A DNA stretch of 64,000 bases from an uncultured Ruminococcus sp. (GTDB lineage: Bacteria; Bacillota; Clostridia; Oscillospirales; CAG-382): NCBI GenBank assembly GCA_964530795.1, contig CAZHBX010000002.1:28719-92718 (forward strand), read 5' to 3'. Under the pieces are notes generated by a model. The model saw nothing but the letters and a program-made list of their open reading frames with translations, had not been told where the DNA came from and made no database searches. Shown here in pieces: positions 1-8,582 of the stretch (its first letter is position 1; every line of letters starts with the position of its first letter). The position numbers and the translations under genes were made by a program.

Positions 1-1
1 T

Positions 2-334
2 TGCGAAACGCTTTCCTTCCTTGCGAAGGAATACGGCGGGACCTGCGAACTTTCCGGTGTGTACCCCGCGTGGGAGTACCGCAAGGAATCTCCGTTGCGG
101 GAGAAAATGACAGCAGTATACGAGCGAATGTTCGGAAAGCCGATGCGGGTGGAAGCGGTCCACGCAGGGCTGGAGTGCGGACTGTTTGCCGGGGGGCTTC
201 CCGGGTTGGACGCCGTCTCGTTCGGCCCGGATATGCGAGGAATCCATACGCCGGAGGAAATGCTTTCGGTTCCGTCCGTGGCGAGAACGTGGGCGTATCT
301 GCGCGAGGTGCTGCGCGGGCTGAAACATGGATAA
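2..334 (+). CDS. pepD: Xaa-His dipeptidase (PepD, M20C family), C-terminal fragment; 5' end lies outside the window
   Basis: The frame is open from base 2. The translation ...EYGGTCELSGVYPAWEY...VHAGLECGLF...GPDMRGIHTPEE matches the conserved PepD C-terminus. Confidence 0.8.
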   Translation, partial: CETLSFLAKEYGGTCELSGVYPAWEYRKESPLREKMTAVYERMFGKPMRVEAVHAGLECGLFAGGLPGLDAVSFGPDMRGIHTPEEMLSVPSVARTWAYLREVLRGLKHG

Positions 335-1211
335 CGGCACGCTGTATGTGGTCGGGACGCCGATCGGGAACCTCGGGGACCTCAGCCCCCGTGCGTTGGA
401 AACGCTTCGGGAGGCGGATCTCATTGCCGCTGAGGATACCCGTACGGCATCGCAGTTGCTTGCGCACTACGGCGTGACCGGATCGCGCATCCTGTCCTGC
501 CACAAGTTTAACGAACAGGAGGTGGCGGGGGAGATCGTGGACGCGCTTCTGTGCGGGGAGACCGTTGCGCTCGTGACCGACGCGGGGATGCCCTGCGTGT
601 CCGACCCGGGATACCTGCTCGTGCAGGCGGCGGTCGAGGCGGGAGTGCCGGTCACGGTGGTCCCGGGTCCGTGCGCTGCGGTGGCGGCCTTGGCGGTGTC
701 CGGATTCAATGCGCTGTCGTTTGCGTTTTACGGGTTCCTTCCGCGGACGGCGGGGGAAATCCGCAAGGTGCTGCGGCGGGTATCGGGGGAGTACGCCCCG
801 CTTTCGGTGTTCTACGAATCCCCCAACCGCGTCGTGGAAACGGTGGGACTGGTCGCCGAAGAACTGCCGGACGCCGAACTTTGTGTCTGCAACGATCTGA
901 CCAAGAAGTTCGAGCGCATCTACCGTGGTTCCCCCGCGTCGGTGCTTGGGGAACTGCAAAGGAACCCCAACGTGCGCAAGGGGGAATACGTGCTGCTGAT
1001 TCACCGCTCGTCCGTTTTGAAACCGGAAACCAAAGCGCTCTCCCCGGAGGCGCTCTTGGTGGAAAAAATGGTTCGGCAGGGACTGAGCGCACGGGATGCG
1101 GTTTCCGCGCTGGCGAAGGAAAAGACCGCCCCGAAGGGCATGCTGTACGACGCTTCCCTTCGGTTGCAAAGGCTGTTCGGAGCAAAAGGAGACAGCGACG
1201 GTGACAAATGA
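327..1211 (+). CDS. rsmI: 16S rRNA (cytidine1402-2'-O)-methyltransferase RsmI
   Basis: 294 aa. The N-terminus YVVGTPIGNLGDLSPRALETLREADLIAAEDTR and the VSDPG motif are typical of RsmI. It overlaps the pepD stop by 8 nt. Confidence 0.9.
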   Translation: MDNGTLYVVGTPIGNLGDLSPRALETLREADLIAAEDTRTASQLLAHYGVTGSRILSCHKFNEQEVAGEIVDALLCGETVALVTDAGMPCVSDPGYLLVQAAVEAGVPVTVVPGPCAAVAALAVSGFNALSFAFYGFLPRTAGEIRKVLRRVSGEYAPLSVFYESPNRVVETVGLVAEELPDAELCVCNDLTKKFERIYRGSPASVLGELQRNPNVRKGEYVLLIHRSSVLKPETKALSPEALLVEKMVRQGLSARDAVSALAKEKTAPKGMLYDASLRLQRLFGAKGDSDGDK

Positions 1212-2259
1212 GACGGAAGCCCTACGGGCATTGCGTGCGTTTCTGCCGGACGCCGACCCGGATACTCTGCGTCCGCTGGGCGAGGGACTGATCAATAGGA
1301 CCTTCCGTGCGGAAACTCCGGACGGAGACGGGTATGTCCTGCAAAAGGTCAACACGAAGGTGTTCCCGGACCCGGAGGCCGTCATGCGCAACACCCTGCG
1401 GGTGACGGAATGGATGCGGGAAAAGTTGTATGAGGAGGGGAAGGACCCCGCCCGCCGCGTGCCGAAATTTCTGCCGGATACGGAGGGTTCTTTCCTATAT
1501 TATTCAGGCGAACGGTCTGTCTGGCGGTGCAGCCGGCTGATTCCCGGCGCACGGGCGCATACGACGCTGTCCGACCCGCATCTGCTGTACGAGGCGGGGC
1601 GGGGATACGGGGAGTTTCAACGACTGCTGGATGGGTTTCCCGCGCAGGAGCTTGCGGAAGTCCTGCCCGGTTTTCACGATACCCGCAGCAGGTTTGTGCA
1701 GTTTCTGCGGGCCGTGGAAGCGGACGTCGCCGGGCGCGCGGCGGACTGTGAGCCGGAGATCCGCTTCCTGCGCGAGCGGGAAGCCTTCGCGGGGGAGGTC
1801 GTCTCTCTGCTCGAACGGCATATCCTGCCGCTCCGCGTCACACACAACGACACCAAGCTGTCGAACGTTCTGCTCGACGACGAAACTGGCGAGGCGGTCT
1901 GCGTCATCGACCTCGACACGGTCATGCCCGGAACGGTGCTGTACGATTTCGGCGACGCCATCCGCACCGGCGCGGCTTCGACAGCGGAGGACGACCCGGA
2001 CCTTTCCCGGATGCGCTTTCTGCCGGATTACTGCGATGCCTTCCGCGAGGGGTTTCTCGAGCGGTGCGGGGAAATTCTGTTGCCCGCGGAACGGGAAAAC
2101 CTGCTGCTCGGCGCACGAACGATCGTTTTCGAGCAGGCGCTTCGATTCCTGACCGACTATTTGGAGGGGGACGTTTACTACCAGACCAAATCTCCCCTGC
2201 ACAACCTCGTCCGGGCCCGCACGCAGCTTCTGCTATTCTCCCAGCTGCCGGAGGCATGA
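1201..2259 (+). CDS. phosphotransferase-family kinase (APH / N-acetylhexosamine-1-kinase-like)
   Basis: The ORF track gives 1096..2259. A GVTNETEAL start at GTG 1201 avoids a long overlap with rsmI. Kinase motifs are present: LGEGLINRTF, HNDTKLSNVLLD, VIDLDTVMPG. Confidence 0.7.
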   Translation: MTNETEALRALRAFLPDADPDTLRPLGEGLINRTFRAETPDGDGYVLQKVNTKVFPDPEAVMRNTLRVTEWMREKLYEEGKDPARRVPKFLPDTEGSFLYYSGERSVWRCSRLIPGARAHTTLSDPHLLYEAGRGYGEFQRLLDGFPAQELAEVLPGFHDTRSRFVQFLRAVEADVAGRAADCEPEIRFLREREAFAGEVVSLLERHILPLRVTHNDTKLSNVLLDDETGEAVCVIDLDTVMPGTVLYDFGDAIRTGAASTAEDDPDLSRMRFLPDYCDAFREGFLERCGEILLPAERENLLLGARTIVFEQALRFLTDYLEGDVYYQTKSPLHNLVRARTQLLLFSQLPEA

Positions 2260-2281
2260 ATGCAAAAAGGAGAAATTTCTC

Positions 2282-3088
2282 ATGCGATTTGAAGAGTTGC
2301 AATTGCTTGGCTGTCGGTTTCGCGCCTACCTGCCAGACGCGACGGAGCGCAGTTATTACCGGGGCCGCCGTCCGGCTTTGCTGATCCTGCCCGGCGGCGG
2401 ATACGAATTCACCTACGAGGGCGAGGCGGAACCGATCGCCCTGCGGTTCGCGTCCGAAGGGATTGCGGCGTTCGTACTGGATTACACCTGCGCGAATCCG
2501 TCGTCCGGCGTGAATGCCGCCTACCCCGCGGCACTGCGGGAGGGGTTTGCCGCCCTGCGGTGGATTCGCGCGCACGCGGAGGACTGCGAGATTGACCCCG
2601 GAAATGTCGCCGTCTGCGGCTTTTCCGCTGGGGGACACCTGTGCGCCTGCCTTGGGACGCTCTGGAACAAGCCGGAAGGCATGCTTGCTCCGGAGGAGAT
2701 GCGGCAAAGCCGTCCGGATAAGCTGTTGCTCTGCTATCCGGTCATCCGCTTCACGCAGCCCTGCCACGAGGGAAGTGTGCGCGCTTTCTTCGGCAAACTT
2801 CCGCCGGAGTCTTGCCGGGAAGCGTTCAGCCTGCAGAACCGTGTGGACGGGGAAACGCCGCCGGCGTTCCTTTGGGCGACGGCGGAGGACGACGCGGTGC
2901 CGGTCGTCGGTGCGCTGCAATTCGCGCAGGCACTTTCAGCGAACGGCACGACTTTTGAATTGCACATCTGGCCCCACGGAGGGCACGGACTCTGTCTCGG
3001 CGATCAGGTGACGCAGGCGGTCCCTTACGGCGGCGCACATCCGAGTGCGGAATGGACGCGGGAAGCGACCAGATTTCTGTACAAATAA
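2282..3088 (+). CDS. alpha/beta hydrolase (acetyl-esterase / lipase-like)
   Basis: 268 aa. It has the oxyanion region LILPGGGY, the nucleophile elbow GFSAGGH and a C-terminal WPHGGHG. Confidence 0.75.
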   Translation: MRFEELQLLGCRFRAYLPDATERSYYRGRRPALLILPGGGYEFTYEGEAEPIALRFASEGIAAFVLDYTCANPSSGVNAAYPAALREGFAALRWIRAHAEDCEIDPGNVAVCGFSAGGHLCACLGTLWNKPEGMLAPEEMRQSRPDKLLLCYPVIRFTQPCHEGSVRAFFGKLPPESCREAFSLQNRVDGETPPAFLWATAEDDAVPVVGALQFAQALSANGTTFELHIWPHGGHGLCLGDQVTQAVPYGGAHPSAEWTREATRFLYK

Positions 3089-3513
3089 AGCGTATCATAG
3101 GACAAAATTTCCTTTCATAATAAATAAGGAAGGAAAAACCTTTATGAACAAAATCGGAGCATTTCCCGGCTACGGCATGGCGGCCGATATCCGGCAGGCA
3201 TCCGCCAAATTTCAGGAGCCCGGGCCGAACTGCTGTCAGCTTTCCGTTTGGGCCGTGAAGCATATGTTTACTCCGGGAAAGGCAAGGACTCTGCTTGAAG
3301 AAAGCCGGGGAAACAAGGAAGTCTAAAAGCGGGGCAAAAATCTGAAAAATTCAAAAAAATGTTAAAAAAATTTCAAAGCCATCCAAATTTTCAGGCAAAT
3401 TAAAGAATGGCGCGTATAATAGAGAAGGAAGGCAAGAAATTTGCCTTCCGAGGTAAGTGCATTGCAGTCTTCCCCTTTTGACTGTGATGTATAGATCCCC
3501 CAAAAAGACCCCC

Positions 3514-3557
3514 AAAAAGCCAGAAAGACGGCCGTTTGGTCGTCTTTTTGGCTTTTT
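3514..3557. terminator. orphan bidirectional intrinsic-terminator hairpin
   Basis: AAAAA-GCCAGAAAGACGGCC-gttt-GGTCGTCTTTTTGGC-TTTTT. The stem is about 15 bp (including G-U pairs) and is flanked by an A-run and a T-run. It lies in the 675-bp gap between the esterase and the pilin gene, not directly behind any convincing CDS. Confidence 0.6.
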
Positions 3558-3617
3558 GGGTAGAATTTGCAGAGCTGGCGGAAATTTCCTGCAAAAAGAG
3601 CTGACTTTTTTGAAAAG

Positions 3618-3641
3618 AATTTGCAAAAGCACTTGCAAATT
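3618..3641. promoter_or_regulatory. perfect inverted repeat AATTTGCAA-N6-TTGCAAATT (candidate operator)
   Basis: Read directly from the sequence. The right arm contains the -35 hexamer of the pilin promoter. An extra AATTTGCA half-site sits at 3564-3571. Confidence 0.5.
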
Positions 3642-3661
3642 TAAAAAGAGGGTGGTATAAT
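3633..3661 (+). promoter_or_regulatory. sigma-A type promoter of the pilin/sortase operon
   Basis: TTGCAA (3633-3638), a 17-nt spacer, then TATAAT (3656-3661), about 100 nt upstream of the pilin ATG. Confidence 0.6.
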
Positions 3662-3763
3662 CAAGATTGATTTATTGACTCCATTTTCCCTTTTGTGGGG
3701 ACGGCTATCGATTCACGCAGGGAGAAATAATTTAATAATACATTAAAGAAGGAGGCCCTGTAC

Positions 3764-5761
3764 ATGAAAACGAAGGCGTTTACAAGACGACTTTTGGCCG
3801 TCGTGGCGGCGACAGTCCTGATGCTGACCGTTTTTGCCTCGTTTGCTGTCTCGGCGGTCGGGAGGGAAGGCGGTTACACCGTGACCATCCGGCCCGACAA
3901 CGGAACGGCGACTCCTACTGAGGACGATCCGGAAACACTTGCCGAGCGGTTTTGGGCCTACCAGATTTTTTCCGGTGAGATTCGTGACGGGGGAACGGTG
4001 GATATGTCCGGTGTCCTTTCGGATATCATCTGGGGCGCGAGTCTGACTGAAACGGGTGAGGATGGCAAAGAAGTGCTCTGCGGTGATAAGTTCATCACGT
4101 ACCTGCTGGAAAGCGAGAGCGACGTGGAAGGCGTTGAGGCGTTTCAGCAGCTGCTGAAGGACGAATTGAGTGCCCGAAACATCACAGAAGCACTTTACAA
4201 TACGAAAGACGCCGCGAGAGCGGTCGCGCGCGTGCTGGGGAATGAGGACGAGGAAAGCGACGTGCGTGTCCGTGCGTTCGCCCGCTTGGCGTTTAACTAT
4301 TTCAAGTCCAGAGGCACAGAAGGAAACCTGCCCGAACCGACGAAGAAGTCCATTTGGAACGAGGATGCCGGGGCCTGGAAATTTGACTTTACGGATCAAG
4401 GCTACTATCTGTTCGTGGATACGTTCTGGTCGGACGCGACGGTTGCGGGCGGCGTGGAAGCTTCCGCTTTCATCCTTGGCGTTTTCGGCGACCACGACGA
4501 CGTTGAGGTCGAAATGAAGCCCTCGCTGCCGACGCCGGATAAGGAGATTCTCAGCGACGATGACGGCGACAACGGGAACAGCAAGGGCGACAGCTACGAG
4601 GTCGGCGATACGGTCAACTTTCGTCTTTCCGCGAAGCTGCCGGAAAACTACGGCGAATATGAGAAGTACACGCTTAACTTTGTCGATACCATGTCGAAGG
4701 GCCTGACCTATACGGAGGGTTCCGTCAAGGTGTTCATCCGCAAGACGGTAACCGAAGGCGATGAAACCTTTGACGTGCAGGCGGAAATTTCGACGGGCTA
4801 TACGGTTTCCTCTCAGACGAATGAGAATGGAGAAACGGTCCTTCGGATCGAATTCGCAGACCTGACCGAACTCAGCGGGCTTCAGTTTTATAAACTTGAA
4901 AACGGCAAGCCGACTGAAGAGGCCTACGGCAAACCGACCGTGGTCGACCGCACAATGACCGTTTATGTTGATTACGCGGCGGTACTCAACTCCGACGCGG
5001 TTCTCGGCGATGGAGGCAACCCCAATACGCTGTTTCTCGAGTTCTCCAACAACCCGTCAAACGAGGGGCTTGGCAAGAGCGAAGAGAAAATCGTTTATGT
5101 CTTTACGTTTGGCTTGGATGTAACCAAGGTCGCATCCGACAAGAGTAGTGCGGAAAACAAGCTGGAGGGTGCGGAATTTAAGCTCTACCGCGAAGTCGAG
5201 GTGGAGAATGAGGACGGCACGAGGGCCTCGGTCCGTCAGTACGCGATGTTCAAGCGAGTTTCCCCGGAGGATGAGACCGTACCTCCGCTCTGGATGGTTG
5301 ACAAGTGGGTGGACGAGGACAAACTTACCGCCGAGCAGCAGGCTCTGACCATCCTGACATCTGATGAGAACGGTCGTTTCCAGTTTGGCGGTTTGGACGC
5401 GAACGTTTGGTATACGATTATCGAAACCAAGGCTCCGGCGGGTTATGACAACATGACCCCGGTCCAGTTCCGTTTTACGGCGACCTTTGACGAGGAGAGC
5501 GGAAAACTGCTGACGCTGATTGCGGAAGTGAAGGTCGACGGCATCGATAACGTCGAGTATGTGAAGGCCGATAACGAGAATCCGACGGTGAACGCAAGCG
5601 TCGGGCTTGTCCCGACCACGCTGGTCAATTATCCGTCGCCCACGCTGCCGGGGACTGGCGGCATCGGCGGTTTCCCGTTTTATATCGCGGGGATCGCCCT
5701 ACTCGCGGCTGCGGTCGTGCTCCTGTTCGCTGCCGGGGAAAAGAAGGCTACCGGGAAGTAA
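3764..5761 (+). CDS. LPXTG-anchored major pilin (isopeptide-forming SpaA/SpaH-like, Cna-B type domains)
   Basis: 665 aa with an N-terminal signal peptide. It has an E-box-like WYTIIETKAPAGYD. The C-terminal sorting signal is LPGTG followed by a hydrophobic stretch and a basic tail (EKKATGK). RBS is AAGGAGG. Confidence 0.85.
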   Translation: MKTKAFTRRLLAVVAATVLMLTVFASFAVSAVGREGGYTVTIRPDNGTATPTEDDPETLAERFWAYQIFSGEIRDGGTVDMSGVLSDIIWGASLTETGEDGKEVLCGDKFITYLLESESDVEGVEAFQQLLKDELSARNITEALYNTKDAARAVARVLGNEDEESDVRVRAFARLAFNYFKSRGTEGNLPEPTKKSIWNEDAGAWKFDFTDQGYYLFVDTFWSDATVAGGVEASAFILGVFGDHDDVEVEMKPSLPTPDKEILSDDDGDNGNSKGDSYEVGDTVNFRLSAKLPENYGEYEKYTLNFVDTMSKGLTYTEGSVKVFIRKTVTEGDETFDVQAEISTGYTVSSQTNENGETVLRIEFADLTELSGLQFYKLENGKPTEEAYGKPTVVDRTMTVYVDYAAVLNSDAVLGDGGNPNTLFLEFSNNPSNEGLGKSEEKIVYVFTFGLDVTKVASDKSSAENKLEGAEFKLYREVEVENEDGTRASVRQYAMFKRVSPEDETVPPLWMVDKWVDEDKLTAEQQALTILTSDENGRFQFGGLDANVWYTIIETKAPAGYDNMTPVQFRFTATFDEESGKLLTLIAEVKVDGIDNVEYVKADNENPTVNASVGLVPTTLVNYPSPTLPGTGGIGGFPFYIAGIALLAAAVVLLFAAGEKKATGK

Positions 5762-5794
5762 TTCCGAAAACGGGGGAGCGGCGGAGGCAGTGCG

Positions 5795-6670
5795 ATGAAA
5801 AAAGTTTTGACCGTTGTCTGTCTGACGCTGATCATACTGGGCGGACTGTCTCTGCTGCTCTACCCGTCCGTCAGCGATTATATCAATTCCCTGCGTTTTC
5901 GCCGCGTGGTTGAGGATTACGAGCACGTCGTGCAGGAATTGGATACGGATGCGTATGACCGGCTCATGGCGGAAGCGGACGAGTGGAACCGGGAATTGGC
6001 GGCGCAGGGCTATACCGATTCGCTCAAAGCGCAGTACGATGAGGTCCTTAACGCGGTGGGCGACAGCATGATGGGATACGTGGAAGTCCCGTCGATTCAT
6101 GTGGTCCTGCCCATTTACCACGGCACGGCCGACGAAACCCTGCAAGACGGTGTCGGCCATCTGGAGGGCAGTTCGCTTCCGGTCGGCGGGGAAAGCACCC
6201 ATGCGGTGCTGACCGGCCACACGGCTTTGCCGTCGGCGAAGCTGTTTACGGACATCGACCAACTGAAAGAAGGAGATATTTTCCGGCTGCGTATCCTCGA
6301 CAAGGTGCTGACCTACGAGGTGGACCAGATTCGGAAGATCCTCCCGTATGAGCAGAAGGATCTGCTTCGTATTGAGCCAGGAAAGGATTACTGTACGCTC
6401 GTCACCTGTACGCCCTATGGCGTCAACTCGCATCGGCTTCTGGTGCGCGGGCACCGCGTGGAAACGCCGGAGACGGGGGACGACGAGACTTCCAATGGAG
6501 GAGATAGCGGAGGGCTTTTGCAGGAGATCGGCGGATTCCGACCGTGGATGCTGGTTCCTCCAGCGGCGCTCGCCGTTCTGATCGTGCTGCTGGTGACACG
6601 GCATTGGTTGCGAAAGCGTGGGAATGCGAAAGTATCGAAAAAGGATAAAAAACCTGACCAAGGCGGCTAG
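5795..6670 (+). CDS. srtC: class C (pilin-polymerising) sortase
   Basis: 291 aa with an N-terminal TM segment. Motifs: LPIYHGT..LQDGVGHLEGSSLP, THAVLTGHT, the catalytic TLVTCTPYGVNSHRLLVRG, and a C-terminal TM anchor. Confidence 0.85.
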   Translation: MKKVLTVVCLTLIILGGLSLLLYPSVSDYINSLRFRRVVEDYEHVVQELDTDAYDRLMAEADEWNRELAAQGYTDSLKAQYDEVLNAVGDSMMGYVEVPSIHVVLPIYHGTADETLQDGVGHLEGSSLPVGGESTHAVLTGHTALPSAKLFTDIDQLKEGDIFRLRILDKVLTYEVDQIRKILPYEQKDLLRIEPGKDYCTLVTCTPYGVNSHRLLVRGHRVETPETGDDETSNGGDSGGLLQEIGGFRPWMLVPPAALAVLIVLLVTRHWLRKRGNAKVSKKDKKPDQGG

Positions 6671-6717
6671 GATGCAGAATGATTCACTTTTATGAGAAAG
6701 GTGGGAGACGTATTCCC

Positions 6718-7659
6718 ATGAGAAGACATTGGGCGGCCGCAGTTTTCGCGGTTCTGCTTTTCCTGCTTGCGGTCTTGCTTCCTTTGTCCGTGGCCGCGGA
6801 AGGGGAACAGACCGGCTCCGTGAATATTGTTTTCGTTCATAATAAGGTTCCTGTCGTAGGTGCGGTTTTCCGCCTATATCGCGTTGCGGAACAGGATGAG
6901 GCCGGCGAGTATGGGTTGACGGAAGCGTTTTCGTCTTTTCCCATCACGATTGAGGATCTGCGGGACAGTGATTCTTGGAACGCGGCGGCGAATACGTTTG
7001 CCGCATACGTTACGCAGGAGCGAATTTCCCCGGACGCGGAGGGCGAAACCGATTTGTACGGAATGCTATGCCTGCATGAACTGCCGCTCGGGATGTATCT
7101 TGTGGTTGGGGATGTGCTGACGACCGAGAACGGAACCGTTTACCAGCCGTCTCCGTTCCTGATTCCGATCCCGACGGTGTCTGAGGACGGCGGGCTGCTT
7201 TATGAGATCACGGCCGAACCGAAGTTTGAACTGTACCACGAGGACGATAAGCTGGAGCGTCGCGCGCTGAAGGTTTGGGAAAACGAGGCAAATGCGGAAC
7301 TGCGCCCGCATTCGATCACGGTGCAACTGCTTTGTGACGGAAAACTGTATGACGAGCAGGAGCTGAACGCGGAGAACAACTGGCGCTACAGCTGGACCGA
7401 TTTGGACGCGAAGTGTCAATGGCGGGTGATCGAAAAAGAGGTCCCGGCAGACTACAAGGTCTCGATCGACCGGCAGGGACTCACCTATGTAATTACCAAC
7501 ACGTACACACCCACGGAGAGCACCAATCCGCCGTCGTCCGAACCTCCGCCGCAGACGGGTTTGCTTTGGTGGCCGGTGCCGGTGCTGCTGGTGGCCGGCG
7601 TGGTGCTGATCGCAGTCGGTGCGTTGCTTTTCAGACATCGGAACGGGAATCATGCGTAA
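6718..7659 (+). CDS. Cna-B-domain surface protein / minor (base) pilin with a PPQTG sorting signal
   Basis: Signal peptide MRRHWAAAVFAVLLFLLAV...AAEG. It contains a prealbumin-like domain and a Cna-B repeat (KVWENE..RPHSITVQLL..WRYSWTDL..YKVSI). The C-terminus is PPQTG-LLWWPVPVLLVAGVVLIAVGALLF-RHRNGNHA. Confidence 0.8.
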   Translation: MRRHWAAAVFAVLLFLLAVLLPLSVAAEGEQTGSVNIVFVHNKVPVVGAVFRLYRVAEQDEAGEYGLTEAFSSFPITIEDLRDSDSWNAAANTFAAYVTQERISPDAEGETDLYGMLCLHELPLGMYLVVGDVLTTENGTVYQPSPFLIPIPTVSEDGGLLYEITAEPKFELYHEDDKLERRALKVWENEANAELRPHSITVQLLCDGKLYDEQELNAENNWRYSWTDLDAKCQWRVIEKEVPADYKVSIDRQGLTYVITNTYTPTESTNPPSSEPPPQTGLLWWPVPVLLVAGVVLIAVGALLFRHRNGNHA

Positions 7660-8290
7660 GCGGATTGCAAGCGTTGTTCTGATCAGCGTGGGATTGCTGT
7701 TGGTCGTGGCAGCGCTTGTCCTGCTTTTCTATAACCTTTGGGACGACGCACGTGCGGAAAAATTGGTCCGAAACGTCCTCGAGGTGCTCGAGCAGGAGCG
7801 GCCTTCCGATGAGGGCGGCGACGTGTCCGGCGGTACGGTTTCCGATTTGCCGACGCTTCCGATGCCGGACTATTTGCTCAACCCGGAAATGGATATGCCG
7901 GCCGTGGAAATCGACGGATATCGGTATATCGGCACGCTGTCCATCCCGGTGTTGGAGCTGGAGTTGCCGATCATGGAAACGTGGAGCTACCCGCAAATGA
8001 AGATCGCGCCCTGCCGCTACAAAGGTTCGGCGTACCTAGATAACCTCGTCCTTGCGGCGCACAATTACACCTCGCATTTCGGTCGGCTCAAGAACTTGCG
8101 TCCGGGCGATGAGGTTCTATTTAAAGACATGGACGGAAACCGCTTCCGCTATGAGGTTCTGCAAACCGAGACGGTTTCTGGGCGGGATGTGTCGGAACTG
8201 TTGGGCGGCGAGTGGGATTTGACGCTTTTTACCTGCACGCTTGACGGGCGGATGCGGGTCGCGGTGCGCTGCGAACGGGTGAAGGGCTGA
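7652..8290 (+). CDS. second sortase-family transpeptidase (not class C; SrtB/D-like)
   Basis: 212 aa with an N-terminal TM segment. Motifs: LVLAAHNYTSHFGRL (His), DLTLFTCT (Cys), RVAVRCE (Arg). It overlaps the preceding gene by 8 nt. Confidence 0.75.
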   Translation: MRKRIASVVLISVGLLLVVAALVLLFYNLWDDARAEKLVRNVLEVLEQERPSDEGGDVSGGTVSDLPTLPMPDYLLNPEMDMPAVEIDGYRYIGTLSIPVLELELPIMETWSYPQMKIAPCRYKGSAYLDNLVLAAHNYTSHFGRLKNLRPGDEVLFKDMDGNRFRYEVLQTETVSGRDVSELLGGEWDLTLFTCTLDGRMRVAVRCERVKG

Positions 8291-8582
8291 CGGATTTCGA
8301 TGATTTTCCGAATTTTTCCGGGCATGGAGCGCCGGAAAAAGCGCATGATAAGGATGTAACCGATGCGACCGATTCGTTTTTACGATGACGGCGACGGTCG
8401 GTTGCCCTTGGTGCTCAATCGAGCGGCAAGCGTGTCATTTTGGGGCTTGAATTTGACAAACAATTGCATTTTGCCCTTGGCCGTGTTTGTGTAAGCGGAC
8501 GCGGCGGGAAAAAACGTCGCTTGCTCATGCGGAACAGGCGGCGTTTTTCATGCGTCGCCATAGAAACGGGAGGAGAGAACCG

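Noticed and set aside
1922-2920. Many long ORFs antisense to, or out of frame with, confident genes. Examples: 1922-2920(-), 5699-6661(-), 11489-12352(-), 16430-17329(-), 22004-22966(+), 27002-27901(+), 28421-29326(-), 33318-34601(+), 45906-47207(-), 47360-48901(-), 57968-59176(-), 60909-61862(-).
   Set aside because: Their translations are Arg/Pro/Ala/Gly-rich and low-complexity, with no recognisable motifs. They mirror strongly conserved genes on the other strand or frame. This is the expected shadow-ORF artefact of GC-rich DNA.
3144-3326. 60-codon ORF (MNKIGAFPGYGMAADIRQASAKFQEPGPNCCQLSVWAVKHMF...) with a GGAAGG RBS-like element. It is faintly reminiscent of the N-terminus of C_GCAxxG_C_C-family proteins.
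   Set aside because: The similarity is too short and weak to support, RBS spacing is long, and there is no family-length product. It is possibly a relic, so it is not reported as a gene.
3330-3763. I looked for a c-di-GMP (class I/II) or other riboswitch in front of the pilin gene, by analogy with c-di-GMP-controlled adhesins and pili in clostridia.
   Set aside because: I could not find the conserved cores I remember for GEMM-I or GEMM-II, or any other riboswitch class. Only generic hairpins are present. A covariance-model scan is needed to decide.
8363-8494. 43-codon ORF (MRPIRFYDDGDGRLPLVLNRAASVSFWGLNLTNNCILPLAVFV) between the second sortase and the P-loop gene.
   Set aside because: It has no RBS and no recognisable motif, and it lies inside a region of hairpins. 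This is insufficient support.
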